DNA from: a virus
DNA: 64,000 bases
Reading direction: 5' to 3' (one strand)
IMG/VR virus record: IMGVR_UViG_3300046694_000223
Location: 102,581-166,580 of that record
Shown: positions 1 to 9,222 of the stretch, in pieces
Numbering within the stretch: position 1 is the first letter of the stretch
How the letters are laid out: every line of letters starts with the position of its first letter
The notes under the pieces: model-generated
Databases searched by the model: none
What the model was told of the DNA's origin: nothing
The model's input: the letters and a program-made list of their open reading frames with translations, nothing else
Program-made: the position numbers and the translations under genes

Positions 1-407
1 ACATTCGATTTGTTTTCTGTGTTCTGAATATTTATTATGTACTCTCCAATCCGCCACTAAAGACGGATTCAAGCCAAATGTTTCTGTTCCAACATTTACT
101 ATAAACTTTTTATTGTTTTGATAACATTCTTTCCATTCTTCAATCTGTATGGCCGATTAAAGGCATTGTTGATTTTATTCCACTGTTTAGAGTGTATGTC
201 ATAATACTTAGAGTATTATTCTTATCTTCATTATTATAACCCAATTAAACACCCCCAAACCTAATTTACCATTGTGATTAAAAATTGCAATACTATTTTA
301 ATAAATAACAATAAAAAGTCCTATTCTACACAAATAAACAACTTTAAAGTCATTTATTTGCATATGTATAGAACTTTTTATGGTACACTATTTAGTTTTA
401 CCATTGG

Positions 408-671
408 TTAGATATAGGATGTTATCACTACATCAATTAGTGCAATCCCTCTTCCTCCAAACAACTTTTTCCCTTTGATTGCATGTATTTTATAGTAAGT
501 TCCCTCAATTAAGTCTGCCTTAGTTGGATTGTTGATCTGCCACACATACCGCTCTCTATTGGTTTCAAAGGTGTAAGTACTAACGTCTTTTGGTCTCAAG
601 TATCTATCATAAAAATCGTTCCCATGATCCACCTGTACCAATTTGACAATCAATTCAACTTGGTCGTCCAT
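408..671 (-). CDS. Hypothetical phage protein
   Basis: 87-aa ORF abutting 672..974, co-oriented with the early region. Confidence 0.6.
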   Translation of the reverse strand: MDDQVELIVKLVQVDHGNDFYDRYLRPKDVSTYTFETNRERYVWQINNPTKADLIEGTYYKIHAIKGKKLFGGRGIALIDVVITSYI

Positions 672-974
672 CTACTTATATCCTTTCAATAAGTCTGGTT
701 TGATATAGTAAGCATTAATTAGTTCAACCGACAATAGTCTAAATATCCTATAATAGTCTTGTTTAAAATTTTTATTAAATATTGCTAAAGTTTCTTTAGT
801 CAGATCTTCGCTGTTCAACATTTCCTTTTTAAGAATATTGATTCCCTCAACAATTCTTTCCCCTTGATCAACTTCAATTTCATATCTTACTTCATAACAA
901 TATCTATTCGCTCCACCATTCATTTGAACTAAAAACTTTTTATGTTTGGGAAGATGCTTGTATGTAATATTCAT
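672..974 (-). CDS. Hypothetical phage protein
   Basis: 100-aa ORF with AAGGGTGG RBS-like sequence upstream. Confidence 0.65.
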   Translation of the reverse strand: MNITYKHLPKHKKFLVQMNGGANRYCYEVRYEIEVDQGERIVEGINILKKEMLNSEDLTKETLAIFNKNFKQDYYRIFRLLSVELINAYYIKPDLLKGYK

Positions 975-1047
975 TTATATCCCACCCTTCTTATATGGTA
1001 TATATTTATTTAACATCACATATTTATTCTTTATAAAAAAATAACTA

Positions 1048-1332
1048 TTATTCTAAGTTGTTTTTAATTTCTATAAATGGAATAACTTTGTTTTCTAATG
1101 TATCAAATATTCTGTACAATTCGGTATTGAAATTACTAAAAGCATGAACGCTATCGCTTTTTAAATTTGTTATCTTCCAGGTTTCAAGTCTACTTTCAGG
1201 ATCAAAATAAACCAAACGTTGTAAACAGTATCTTCCTGTTTTAGGCATAATTGCGACTGCACCTCGATGTAATATTTTGCCTATGAATTCATATCTAACT
1301 CTGTTATGATTGCCTAACAAGTGTCTCTCCAT
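1048..1332 (-). CDS. Hypothetical phage protein (start may lie further upstream)
   Basis: 94-aa ORF co-oriented with neighbours. Confidence 0.55.
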   Translation of the reverse strand: MERHLLGNHNRVRYEFIGKILHRGAVAIMPKTGRYCLQRLVYFDPESRLETWKITNLKSDSVHAFSNFNTELYRIFDTLENKVIPFIEIKNNLE

Positions 1333-1445
1333 TTATATGGGGAGATTTTTCTATGCTTAAATTTTGAGACGATTATCGTTCCACCCTTAATATACTAGAT
1401 TACCATTAATAAGTCAATACTCAATTATTCTCAGGAGGATGCATC

Positions 1446-1676
1446 ATGTCATGGGTTGAGATAAAATTACAATACATACTCGATAGCAAAGGCTTAACCA
1501 GAAGAGATCTTTCTAGACGTACTAAAATTAGGCCAGGAACAATTAATGAGATGTGTAATAATACCGCCAAGCAAATACCGCTGAATAATATTGTCTTAGT
1601 TTGTGACGAATTAGATATTGATATCATTGATTTATTTAAATATCATAAAGATGACTCTAAAAAAGAAGAGGAATAA
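1446..1676 (+). CDS. Cro/C1-type (YozG/HTH_26-like) helix-turn-helix regulator
   Basis: KGLTRRDLSRRTKIRPGTINEMC...LVCDELDIDIIDLF pattern; AGGAGG RBS. Confidence 0.85.
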   Translation: MSWVEIKLQYILDSKGLTRRDLSRRTKIRPGTINEMCNNTAKQIPLNNIVLVCDELDIDIIDLFKYHKDDSKKEEE

Positions 1677-1690
1677 AACCCTCTTCTTTT
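1661..1690. terminator. Bidirectional intrinsic terminator between convergent HTH and MazF genes
   Basis: AAAAGAAGAGG...CCTCTTCTTTT inverted repeat. Confidence 0.75.
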
Positions 1691-1697
1691 ATTTTTA

Positions 1698-2102
1698 TTA
1701 GTAAACTTTAATTTCTGCAAATGCAACTCTAATTGCTTCAGCAATTTTGCTTTGATACTCAAACGGGAGATCGATTAATTTTTTAATGAGTCTATGTTTA
1801 TTAATAGATGTAGTTTGTTCGCAAAGCAATACACTATCCTTTACAAATCCAATCTCTGATGCAATCAATTCTACATGTGTTGGAAGAGGTCTTTTTGTTT
1901 TACTTCCGGTTGTTGGAGCTACCATTACTGTTGGAGAGAATTTGTTTTGAAGATTATTAGACAGAATAACAACTGGTCTTCTACCACCCTGTACTGATCC
2001 ATCTGCTTGTAGATCTGCCAACCAAACTTCATATTGAGTTGTATAAACATTAATATTTTTATTCATTTCCACTCGTTCCATAACCATGTTCATATGTAGC
2101 AC
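1698..2102 (-). CDS. mazF: MazF/PemK-family endoribonuclease (NdoA-like)
   Basis: VWLADL..GSVQGGRRPVVILSN..NKFSPTVMVAPTT..LPTHVE..DSVLLCEQ closely follows Bacillus NdoA/EndoA. Confidence 0.9.
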   Translation of the reverse strand: MLHMNMVMERVEMNKNINVYTTQYEVWLADLQADGSVQGGRRPVVILSNNLQNKFSPTVMVAPTTGSKTKRPLPTHVELIASEIGFVKDSVLLCEQTTSINKHRLIKKLIDLPFEYQSKIAEAIRVAFAEIKVY

Positions 2103-2184
2103 GCTCCTGATTATTATTATTATTCTTGCTTCACTCTATTTTTTCTATCACTATGTACTTTTATTATTAACTATTTATATATTT

Positions 2185-2228
2185 ATTATACCTAGTGATA
2201 GTAATTTTCACAAGCGAACGTTTGTTCT
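2185..2228 (-). promoter_or_regulatory. sigmaA promoter of mazF (TTGTGA-17-TATAAT) with adjacent LexA/DinR SOS box
   Basis: CGAACGTTTGTTCT at 2215-2228 matches the Bacillota GAAC-N4-GTTC box and abuts the -35 element. Confidence 0.65.
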
Positions 2229-2532
2229 AAACGTCAATAAATTCAAATGTTTTTGTTTTTGTCAATACAAATGTTGTTGCACAAAATTTCCTTACATAAA
2301 TTAGGATAATAGCGTGTTTTGGTGTTGACATTCTCTGAAAATTGAAAAGTACTGCATTGCTACCAGGAATACGAATATATGTGACAAATATCCCTCTTAT
2401 TTTGTATTAACCACATATCTTTACTGTTAAACATAAAAACACTTCGAATACTCAAAAATTACAAAAAGACATAATAAAAAACCCTTTGTTTATAAGGGTT
2501 TTTTATTCGCACTTCTTGATGAAATTCGTATT

Positions 2533-2688
2533 TTATGAAACTACAACAACTGTCAGCGGTATTGCATTTAACAAAAGAACTGCTGCGGCCATCCCGAGAT
2601 TCATCTTTGTTGTTTTATACTTTCCAATTAACCCGGGTACTGCCAAGCTTAATGACACAACGAAAACGATAATCGCAAGTGTATGCAT
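2533..2688 (-). CDS. Small membrane protein (51 aa, not in the ORF track)
   Basis: MHTLAIIVFVVSLSLAVPGLIG...AAAVLLLNAIPLTVVVVS; GGAGG RBS; two hydrophobic segments. Confidence 0.7.
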   Translation of the reverse strand: MHTLAIIVFVVSLSLAVPGLIGKYKTTKMNLGMAAAVLLLNAIPLTVVVVS

Positions 2689-2754
2689 TGCTATTCCTCC
2701 TTGTTCATTTATGAATTTATTTTACCTCAATTCATTGATGAACACAAAGAGGAA

Positions 2755-2973
2755 TCAATTTCTTTTAAGAATATTGCCAACAACCTTAAAACTCTCATCT
2801 TGTTCAAGATAGTCCTCAAGTCCACACCATTCTCTCTGTTGTCCAATTTCAACCCCATATGCTCTATTAACATCATCCCATAAGACAACGGCCTTAATCA
2901 TGCTATCGCCCATTAAAACGTCTCCTATCCTAACATAATCACCATTAAGCACTGATCCAGTGTTATGATTCAT
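2755..2973 (-). CDS. YopX-like small phage protein
   Basis: GDVL..VVLWDD...FKVVGNI resembles the YopX C-terminus; AAAGGAG RBS. Confidence 0.55.
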   Translation of the reverse strand: MNHNTGSVLNGDYVRIGDVLMGDSMIKAVVLWDDVNRAYGVEIGQQREWCGLEDYLEQDESFKVVGNILKRN

Positions 2974-3044
2974 TGTTCGTTCTCCTTTGGTTTTGATAAA
3001 AGATGCCTTTCATTCTCCTAACCCTCGAATTGTGTAACAAACAT

Positions 3045-3230
3045 TTATTTTGATCCTTGGTAAACTGGCAATTCTAATCCCATTAGTTCCATCTTGCTCC
3101 AATAAGATTCCGTAACTGTCGCACGTAATAATTCCTCTATACTAACGCTTCCACCAGATGCTTCAATATCATGTTTAAGTGCCTTCCATACAGACTCATG
3201 CAAAGATAGGTCGATGGGCATAGTAATCAT
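3045..3230 (-). CDS. Hypothetical phage protein
   Basis: 61-aa ORF with AAGGAG RBS. Confidence 0.65.
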   Translation of the reverse strand: MITMPIDLSLHESVWKALKHDIEASGGSVSIEELLRATVTESYWSKMELMGLELPVYQGSK

Positions 3231-3301
3231 TTATACATCACTCCTTATTTTAATACTTCGCAATATACACCTATCATTTAACTTTATAAAACATTCCATT
3301 A

Positions 3302-3535
3302 TCAGAAGTTAAAACATAACGCCGTAATTTCTGATAACCATAATATTAAAACTAGACATCCAGCGGTTAAACAAAATCCAATTAACGAAAATACGATTTT
3401 CAAGTATTTCCGCTCACTCATTTCTTTAAACGTTAAGATAAACTCACTTTCACTATGATATGACATTATCCCTCTATATAAATATTTACAGAGCATTACA
3501 GTCGCATAAGAGTAAATTAGAAAAAATACAAGCAT
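3302..3535 (-). CDS. Small membrane protein
   Basis: Two hydrophobic stretches; AAGGAGAG RBS. Confidence 0.65.
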   Translation of the reverse strand: MLVFFLIYSYATVMLCKYLYRGIMSYHSESEFILTFKEMSERKYLKIVFSLIGFCLTAGCLVLILWLSEITALCFNF

Positions 3536-3568
3536 TGTTCGTACTCTCCTTTTAAATTAGCCAATTGA

Positions 3569-4087
3569 TTAAGATTCAACAGCCAATAGACCGCGAACAC
3601 GTTCAATTTCATCATCGCTGTGAACTGTCCCACCAGTATTAAAGTCAATATACCATTGAAGAACTTCTTTGCGGCTTTTTAAATCATTAATATTGATTTT
3701 AACACCTTGGGTCATTCTTGGGCTGTCTTCATATTCTCTAAAGTAACTACCAAATACCCTTATTTCATTATGTATAAATCTCTTGATTGCTGTTGCTCTT
3801 TGTAGTCCATCTACACAGACAAAATCATTTAAATAATCACCCGATGTCCATCCAGCACAATTCAAATAAATTACCCTTGCTGTCTTGCCGCCCTTAAGAA
3901 GATATTCAATATATGCAATTTGCTGTTCCTCACTCCAAACATGTCCACGTTGGAAATCTGGATTCATTTGTAATCCTTCTTTTTCAAACTCCTCGATTGC
4001 CTTAACGAAGCGTTCTAAATCATAATCACACTCCCAATTTCCAACACGGGTGAATTGAGGAATATCTCTAAATTTCATACTATTCAC
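3569..4087 (-). CDS. DUF262 (ParB-like/GmrS N-terminal) domain protein
   Basis: NPDFQRGHVWSEEQQ and VDGLQRATAI motifs. Confidence 0.85.
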   Translation of the reverse strand: MNSMKFRDIPQFTRVGNWECDYDLERFVKAIEEFEKEGLQMNPDFQRGHVWSEEQQIAYIEYLLKGGKTARVIYLNCAGWTSGDYLNDFVCVDGLQRATAIKRFIHNEIRVFGSYFREYEDSPRMTQGVKININDLKSRKEVLQWYIDFNTGGTVHSDDEIERVRGLLAVES

Positions 4088-4116
4088 TTCCTTTATTTTT
4101 TGATGAAACAGTCATT

Positions 4117-4278
4117 TCAAGATATTTTTGGGTCAACTTTACAAACATCTGAAGGCAACGATTCCTTCCCCGCTAACGCACGAGCAAAAGATCCATCCTT
4201 AAATCCTGCTCGAATCGCCTCTCTAAAGCCTTTTTCATATTCTTCTTTGGCTTCCTGTTTCTGCTCATTATTGTTCAT
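4117..4278 (-). CDS. Hypothetical phage protein (likely start MNNNEQ)
   Basis: AAGGAGAG RBS upstream of the internal Met; stop overlaps the junction palindrome. Confidence 0.5.
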   Translation of the reverse strand: MNNNEQKQEAKEEYEKGFREAIRAGFKDGSFARALAGKESLPSDVCKVDPKIS

Positions 4279-4516
4279 CTTGATCTCTCCTTTTTCTGAT
4301 AAGTTTAGCCATTTTATTGTGAGAGGAGAAATTAATTGTTTTAAACGTCTCAAAATCTCCGCTTAAGCCCCGAACTTGCACTGACTTGTCTTCAGGGTGA
4401 ACCTCATATCCCATACCCTCAACTTCTTTGTCGAAATCGAAGATAATCTTAAACCCTTGTGACTCATATACTAACAATCTCTCTTGAATATCTAAATGAA
4501 AATTTTTATTTTCCAT
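4268..4516 (-). CDS. Hypothetical phage protein
   Basis: 82-aa ORF with GGGGAGG RBS. Confidence 0.65.
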   Translation of the reverse strand: MENKNFHLDIQERLLVYESQGFKIIFDFDKEVEGMGYEVHPEDKSVQVRGLSGDFETFKTINFSSHNKMAKLIRKRRDQDEQ

Positions 4517-4557
4517 GATAATCCTCCCCTTTTTATTATTATAAAATAGTTATATTA

Positions 4558-4896
4558 TTAAGATTCAAAATGTCTTTTCCAGCCCATAACAGATACATTA
4601 AAAATATTATCAACACCTTCTAGCCTAACAGTTCTTTCGCTCTTGTCTTTTTCTGCAACTTTGTTTAAATTAACTGCAACTCCCAGATCAACATTAACAA
4701 GATTACTGTTGCTAGAAGCCAAAACCAGACATACTTCTTCAAAAGTTTGAGGATAATTCAAATCTCCATAAACAGTAGTAATTACAACTTCTTTCCGATT
4801 GACCACTCTAACACTTCTTACTGCCAAAATCTCATCATCATTAACCCATACGACTTCATTAGCATTATTTTCGTTCTTTTTAATTAGTCCAATCAT
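4558..4896 (-). CDS. LytTR-like DNA-binding domain protein
   Basis: LVNVDLGVAVNLNKV resembles the LytTR motif; GGAGG RBS. Confidence 0.55.
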   Translation of the reverse strand: MIGLIKKNENNANEVVWVNDDEILAVRSVRVVNRKEVVITTVYGDLNYPQTFEEVCLVLASSNSNLVNVDLGVAVNLNKVAEKDKSERTVRLEGVDNIFNVSVMGWKRHFES

Positions 4897-4927
4897 CTCA
4901 AGACCTCCGTAGTCATTTTATCTAAAA

Positions 4928-5134
4928 TTAAGCTATATTGACAATTCTAACAAACTGCTGTTTGCTCACATACCATCCTTTTGGGTTATCAATATTGTAC
5001 CGTTCACTCTCTTGATCTGTAACCCAGAAACTCGCTCCACCATAATTATTATTAGTGACATATAATTGACCATGTTTTTCAAACTCAACAAGATCACCTT
5101 TGCCAACTTTAGCAATTTTAGCACCAAAATCCAT
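4928..5134 (-). CDS. Hypothetical phage protein (SH3-like beta-rich)
   Basis: 68-aa ORF with GAGGAG RBS. Confidence 0.6.
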   Translation of the reverse strand: MDFGAKIAKVGKGDLVEFEKHGQLYVTNNNYGGASFWVTDQESERYNIDNPKGWYVSKQQFVRIVNIA

Positions 5135-5243
5135 TTTTGATCATCTCCTCTTATTTTAAAACCCTTATAAATATTGACTTTTTTCGACCCAATATCCTCA
5201 TGAAATCAACCTTTTATAAATACAATCTACAAACTTTGTGGTT

Positions 5244-5480
5244 TCATTCTGGTTTTAACATACTCAGATCCGCTTCCACATCACGTCCAAAAGTTACGCG
5301 CAACTTATGCATAATCTCTGATTCACGACACGATAATTTAAGTTTCACTCTTTCATCATCATCTAGTTCAAACTCATGTGTGTATGGTAAACTCCTAACC
5401 AAAATCCACTTCATGGCTTCATCCTCCGTCCTCGATGCACTATATGTGTATGCCATACACTTTAATTGATCATTTTTCAT
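5244..5480 (-). CDS. Hypothetical phage protein
   Basis: 78-aa ORF in the co-oriented array. Confidence 0.55.
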   Translation of the reverse strand: MKNDQLKCMAYTYSASRTEDEAMKWILVRSLPYTHEFELDDDERVKLKLSCRESEIMHKLRVTFGRDVEADLSMLKPE

Positions 5481-5698
5481 AAATATTTTACTTAAGCATA
5501 CTTCGCCATCCTAACATGCAATCCCTTAATCTCAGCCTCAACCATCATTAACCGTTGTGGCGATGACTTAGAAACCGCAGAATCCTTCAGTGCTTCCAGA
5601 TCGCGAATTTGTACAGCAATGATTGATCTCATTTTAGCATTATCACTATTCAATTTACCATTCTCCTTCATATGTATAATATCCTTCTTGACTCCTTT

Positions 5699-5745
5699 AT
5701 TTTACCACACACTTAATTATTGTTCAACATATATTTATTTATTAA
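5699..5745 (-). promoter_or_regulatory. Early sigmaA promoter with upstream AATAAATATAT box
   Basis: TTAATAAATAAATATATG-TTGAAC-17-TAAAAT with extended TG. Confidence 0.75.
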
Positions 5746-5887
5746 ACGAAAATGGCGAACACATATTTATGTCCGCCACATCAGTTATTTATGATTTTGA
5801 CTATATTTCTTAGCAGCATCAAGTAATCCAATTTCTACCCCTTCTACAGACACTACAACGCATTTTCCGCCCTTAACTCGTCCATTC

Positions 5888-6061
5888 TTATACATAACTG
5901 TATTCCTTTCCAGAACGGTTGTAGACGGCTACAGAAGACCCGTAGCGCTGTGTAAGTGAATAAACTTTGTCCAATACAATCCAGTAAAATGATTCTTTAT
6001 TTTGCTGCTGATCAATAGTTTCAACTACTTGATTATTAACAATAAAGTCCCATGTTTTCAT
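5888..6061 (-). CDS. Hypothetical protein (57 aa, not in the ORF track)
   Basis: MKTWDFIVNNQVVETID...; AAAGGA RBS. Confidence 0.55.
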   Translation of the reverse strand: MKTWDFIVNNQVVETIDQQQNKESFYWIVLDKVYSLTQRYGSSVAVYNRSGKEYSYV

Positions 6062-6114
6062 ATATATATCATCCTTTGTATATTTATTTTTATAATTTTA
6101 ATAAAATTTCTCTT

Positions 6115-6276
6115 TCACAACCTTCTAAATTCCAGTTCCATAATTTCATCTGAATACCTGAACGATTTATTCAAGAATCCAATGTTATGAATTCCTTTAC
6201 TCACTCCGGCATCATATTTATACAGGTTGTATCTGAGCAATATTCGTTTCCATTCTATTTTAAGATATAAAATCAC
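6115..6276 (-). CDS. Hypothetical phage protein (likely GTG start)
   Basis: GGGAGG RBS before the GTG; bounded by palindromes at 6101 and 6303. Confidence 0.55.
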   Translation of the reverse strand: MILYLKIEWKRILLRYNLYKYDAGVSKGIHNIGFLNKSFRYSDEIMELEFRRL

Positions 6277-6311
6277 TTTCAACCTCCCATTTATATATTT
6301 ACGTGAAAGAC

Positions 6312-6686
6312 TTATTTCATCTGCTCGTAAAAGAATATCCAATATGGATAGCCATTTGAAACATTGCAGCCCTCCATAATTGCAGTAAGCTTGATTGTCC
6401 TGCCAAGGTATAGACCAAGAAATTTTTCAGTATCTTGCGGTTCTCTATTATTAAAGTATTGTCCTTGATTCGACCATATCTCCAAACAATATTTATTATA
6501 TTTATCATAATCCCATTGTAAAAGTCTATCTGAGTAAACACAGGCATTATTCTCTGAATAATCTTGCTTCCAAATGACATATGGGTCATAGCTATATGGA
6601 TGCGTTTCTCTTGTTCGTTTAACTTCTTCACCCTTTAAGTCGCGATACATTGAGTGAGCTTTCCATTTCAAATAATCATCATTCAT
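6312..6686 (-). CDS. Hypothetical phage protein
   Basis: 124-aa ORF bounded by palindromes at 6303 and 6710. Confidence 0.7.
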   Translation of the reverse strand: MNDDYLKWKAHSMYRDLKGEEVKRTRETHPYSYDPYVIWKQDYSENNACVYSDRLLQWDYDKYNKYCLEIWSNQGQYFNNREPQDTEKFLGLYLGRTIKLTAIMEGCNVSNGYPYWIFFYEQMK

Positions 6687-6726
6687 TCTTAATTTTCCCC
6701 TTCATTGCTGTGAAATACTTCTTTTA

Positions 6727-6942
6727 TCATCTTAGATCGGATCTTTGAATAACAGTTTCTCCTTCATTTACAAGCTTTGCTACAAGTTCAATATATGGGC
6801 TGTCATATTTCTTTCTGGATATAACCGTTCTGTAACCGCCAATTCTCAAAATTTCACCAGTTGCAATTATCCCATCATAATGAAAATAAAAATCTGAATT
6901 GCTATTCAAAATAGTTAAATGATAATTTGTTCTATTGCTCAT
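6727..6942 (-). CDS. Hypothetical phage protein (likely start MSNRTN)
   Basis: Bounded by palindromes at 6710 and 6959; AAGGGG RBS. Confidence 0.6.
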   Translation of the reverse strand: MSNRTNYHLTILNSNSDFYFHYDGIIATGEILRIGGYRTVISRKKYDSPYIELVAKLVNEGETVIQRSDLR

Positions 6943-6980
6943 ACATGCCCAACCCCTTGTAAAAGAATCCATTTATCGGC

Positions 6981-7229
6981 TTATTGGTTTGCTGCATACT
7001 TCCATGCCTTTGTATATCCTGAATCATTCCCATCTCGTTTGACTAACTCGTCATAACAAACATCTACTTGCCAATGATAATCAGATCTTGGATTGTTATT
7101 GGCGTAAGCCGAAAGCCAAATTTTTTGTTTAGTTTCATCCATCAACTTTTCATAATCCATCTCAGTAATTTTATCAACATATTCAATCTTTGGTACTCCA
7201 TAATTATCTTTACCTGTATACTTTTCCAT
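6981..7229 (-). CDS. Hypothetical phage protein
   Basis: 82 aa, GGAGG RBS, bounded by palindromes. Confidence 0.7.
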   Translation of the reverse strand: MEKYTGKDNYGVPKIEYVDKITEMDYEKLMDETKQKIWLSAYANNNPRSDYHWQVDVCYDELVKRDGNDSGYTKAWKYAANQ

Positions 7230-7265
7230 TTCGATTTTGCCTCCTATGGTTTCTTGATAAATTAA

Positions 7266-7466
7266 TCATTTGCTCATAACTTTAAATTCATCTCTTTCAA
7301 ATACCGGAGTAATCTCACCATATTTGCCAGATATAGAGCCGCCGCCGATATGAAACCATCTTCCATCCCATTGTTTTATAAACCCCCAATGCCCTATGTA
7401 TTGAGATTCTTTGTTGATGATTGATACTTTTTTACCAATCATGTTCTCAGGTTTCAATTTTCCCAA
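7266..7466 (-). CDS. Small SH3/KOW-like protein
   Basis: IGKKVSII...G.WGFIK pattern; bounded by palindromes. Confidence 0.55.
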   Translation of the reverse strand: MGKLKPENMIGKKVSIINKESQYIGHWGFIKQWDGRWFHIGGGSISGKYGEITPVFERDEFKVMSK

Positions 7467-7486
7467 CTCCTTCTGAAAGGATCATA

Positions 7487-7675
7487 TTACTGCAATTCAA
7501 TCTCATATACGTCTTCAATCCATTGTCTAATTGTATCAGACCATTGGCTATAACCTAGATTCCATGCAACCAAATTATCAAACACATCTTCTTTGGACAT
7601 TTTATCAACTTCTTCTGGTGTCACTTCCAATCTTTCACTCATCGTCTTGTATATGTATGACGGATACTTTTTCAT
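7487..7675 (-). CDS. Hypothetical phage protein
   Basis: 62 aa, AAGGAG RBS, bounded by palindromes. Confidence 0.7.
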   Translation of the reverse strand: MKKYPSYIYKTMSERLEVTPEEVDKMSKEDVFDNLVAWNLGYSQWSDTIRQWIEDVYEIELQ

Positions 7676-7711
7676 GTTAATTCTCCTTTTTGATAAAAAT
7701 ATATAACTTCA

Positions 7712-7960
7712 TTACAACTGTTCTAGTACTTCATCATAGAACTTTTCTGGCAACATCCTTGATGTTTCTCTTCCAGCAACAAATGGATATGACCACTCTT
7801 CAAAGTTTAATCGGATTCTGAATTCTCCATTAATTCCTGATTTCTCTGCACCAGCATATTGATATGTATTTGGTATTAGTTCATCTTTTCTCATTTCTCC
7901 AAGGATTTTAAGCAGTGACTGTCTGTTAATTTCAATTGTGTTTGTGCTCACTATGATCAT
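7712..7960 (-). CDS. Hypothetical phage protein
   Basis: 82 aa, GAGGAG RBS, bounded by palindromes. Confidence 0.65.
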   Translation of the reverse strand: MIIVSTNTIEINRQSLLKILGEMRKDELIPNTYQYAGAEKSGINGEFRIRLNFEEWSYPFVAGRETSRMLPEKFYDEVLEQL

Positions 7961-8359
7961 CTCCTCATGAAAATCTAGAGTTACTCTTTCAGTGCTTCAT
8001 CCATCATTTTTTGAATACGTTTTACATCATCAATTCTTTCATCGTCCCTATTGCCTCTAGCCCATTTCCATAAGATATTATCAATCAGTTCAAGATCGTC
8101 TTTATCAATTTCTAGATTAAATAATTCCTTTTTTATGATTTTCACTAAACACTACCACCCTTCTTATTATGCGGCCTTCACTTTATGGATCAAGATAATC
8201 CCTTTATCATCCTTACACATTTCTACAAACTGTTTCATTTCTCCTTCATCATCAAAACTGTACACATTCACTGCTAACTTGTCACAAATCTTTTCAATGA
8301 TTTTTACTTGATGCATTAATCCGTTTCACCTCATGTATGTATGTTTCTTATCTGTAATT

Positions 8360-8406
8360 ATCTTATCACATAATTATTATATAATCAATATATATTTATT
8401 AATTAA
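8360..8406 (-). promoter_or_regulatory. Early sigmaA promoter with AATAAATATAT box
   Basis: box-TTGATT-17-TAAGAT with extended TG. Confidence 0.7.
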
Positions 8407-8418
8407 AATTAATATTCC

Positions 8419-8601
8419 CTAAATTTCTATATGTACTCTCCCCTGGTTAGTGCACTTCATCAACCTAACATTGCTAACCCATGGATCACTCTGCCAACAT
8501 TTATACACCTTGTTAGCCACCGCAAAAGACGATATAAAACCAGTTTCAAATGGATGAGATGAATGTTCTGCTTCAATTAGATAACGGTCATATGATGACA
8601 T
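8419..8601 (-). CDS. Hypothetical phage protein
   Basis: 60-aa ORF with AAGGAG upstream. Confidence 0.5.
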   Translation of the reverse strand: MSSYDRYLIEAEHSSHPFETGFISSFAVANKVYKCWQSDPWVSNVRLMKCTNQGRVHIEI

Positions 8602-8716
8602 ATGGGGCCTTCAGCTCCTTTTAATTTTGTATTAGTACAACGAATAACAAAAAATACACACCGATTATATTCTAGATGTGTATTTTCATAATTGTGATAT
8701 GTATTTGTATATTTAT

Positions 8717-8884
8717 TTATAACAACGCTGCTACAGCAACTACAACAACTATGAAGACTACACTGACAATGATTATTGCTTTCTCAATATCTGCTACTAC
8801 ATCGGGAAACGTTTTAATTTTTTCTTCGCGCATACTCATGATAATATTACCCTGATCGTCACGACAGCGGATTGCTGTTTGCAT
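8717..8884 (-). CDS. Small C-terminally anchored membrane protein (55 aa, not in the ORF track)
   Basis: MQTAIRCRDD...AIIIVSVVFIVVVVAVAALL; AAGGAGG RBS. Confidence 0.65.
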   Translation of the reverse strand: MQTAIRCRDDQGNIIMSMREEKIKTFPDVVADIEKAIIIVSVVFIVVVVAVAALL

Positions 8885-8911
8885 TGAAAATTCCTCCTTT
8901 TATTTAATCTA

Positions 8912-9010
8912 TCAACCAACAACTTTTACAATCCAAAATCCCCATACCACAATAGCAGCAACTAACATCCAATTGTCAAACCAAAAATCCTTAACTTTCA
9001 CCCTCAACAT
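8912..9010 (-). CDS. Single-pass membrane peptide (32 aa, not in the ORF track)
   Basis: MLRVKVKDFWFDNWMLVAAIVVWGFWIVKVVG; GAGGAGG upstream. Confidence 0.5.
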   Translation of the reverse strand: MLRVKVKDFWFDNWMLVAAIVVWGFWIVKVVG

Positions 9011-9012
9011 AT

Positions 9013-9222
9013 TCATTCATATTCCTCCTCATCGTTAATATTCATCGTCACAGCCTCCTCATTGCCTTTCTGCCGCATTCTCTGGTGAATACTATATATA
9101 CTTATTCCTTTAACATATTGACACTTGTAGCAAGTCACAGGAAGCCCGTTAGATATACAGTAATAGTACGCTGCTTGTGTAACGGGCTTGTTGCAGTAAG
9201 TGCAAGTGTGATTATCGCTCAT
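9013..9222 (-). CDS. Small Zn-finger protein
   Basis: CTYC...C...CYKC. Confidence 0.65.
   Translation of the reverse strand: MSDNHTCTYCNKPVTQAAYYYCISNGLPVTCYKCQYVKGISIYSIHQRMRQKGNEEAVTMNINDEEEYE

Noticed and set aside
5984-6000. GTAAAA-tgatt-CTTTAT as a junction palindrome
   Set aside because: 5-bp spacer and located inside a 57-aa ORF; it illustrates the chance-match rate in AT-rich DNA
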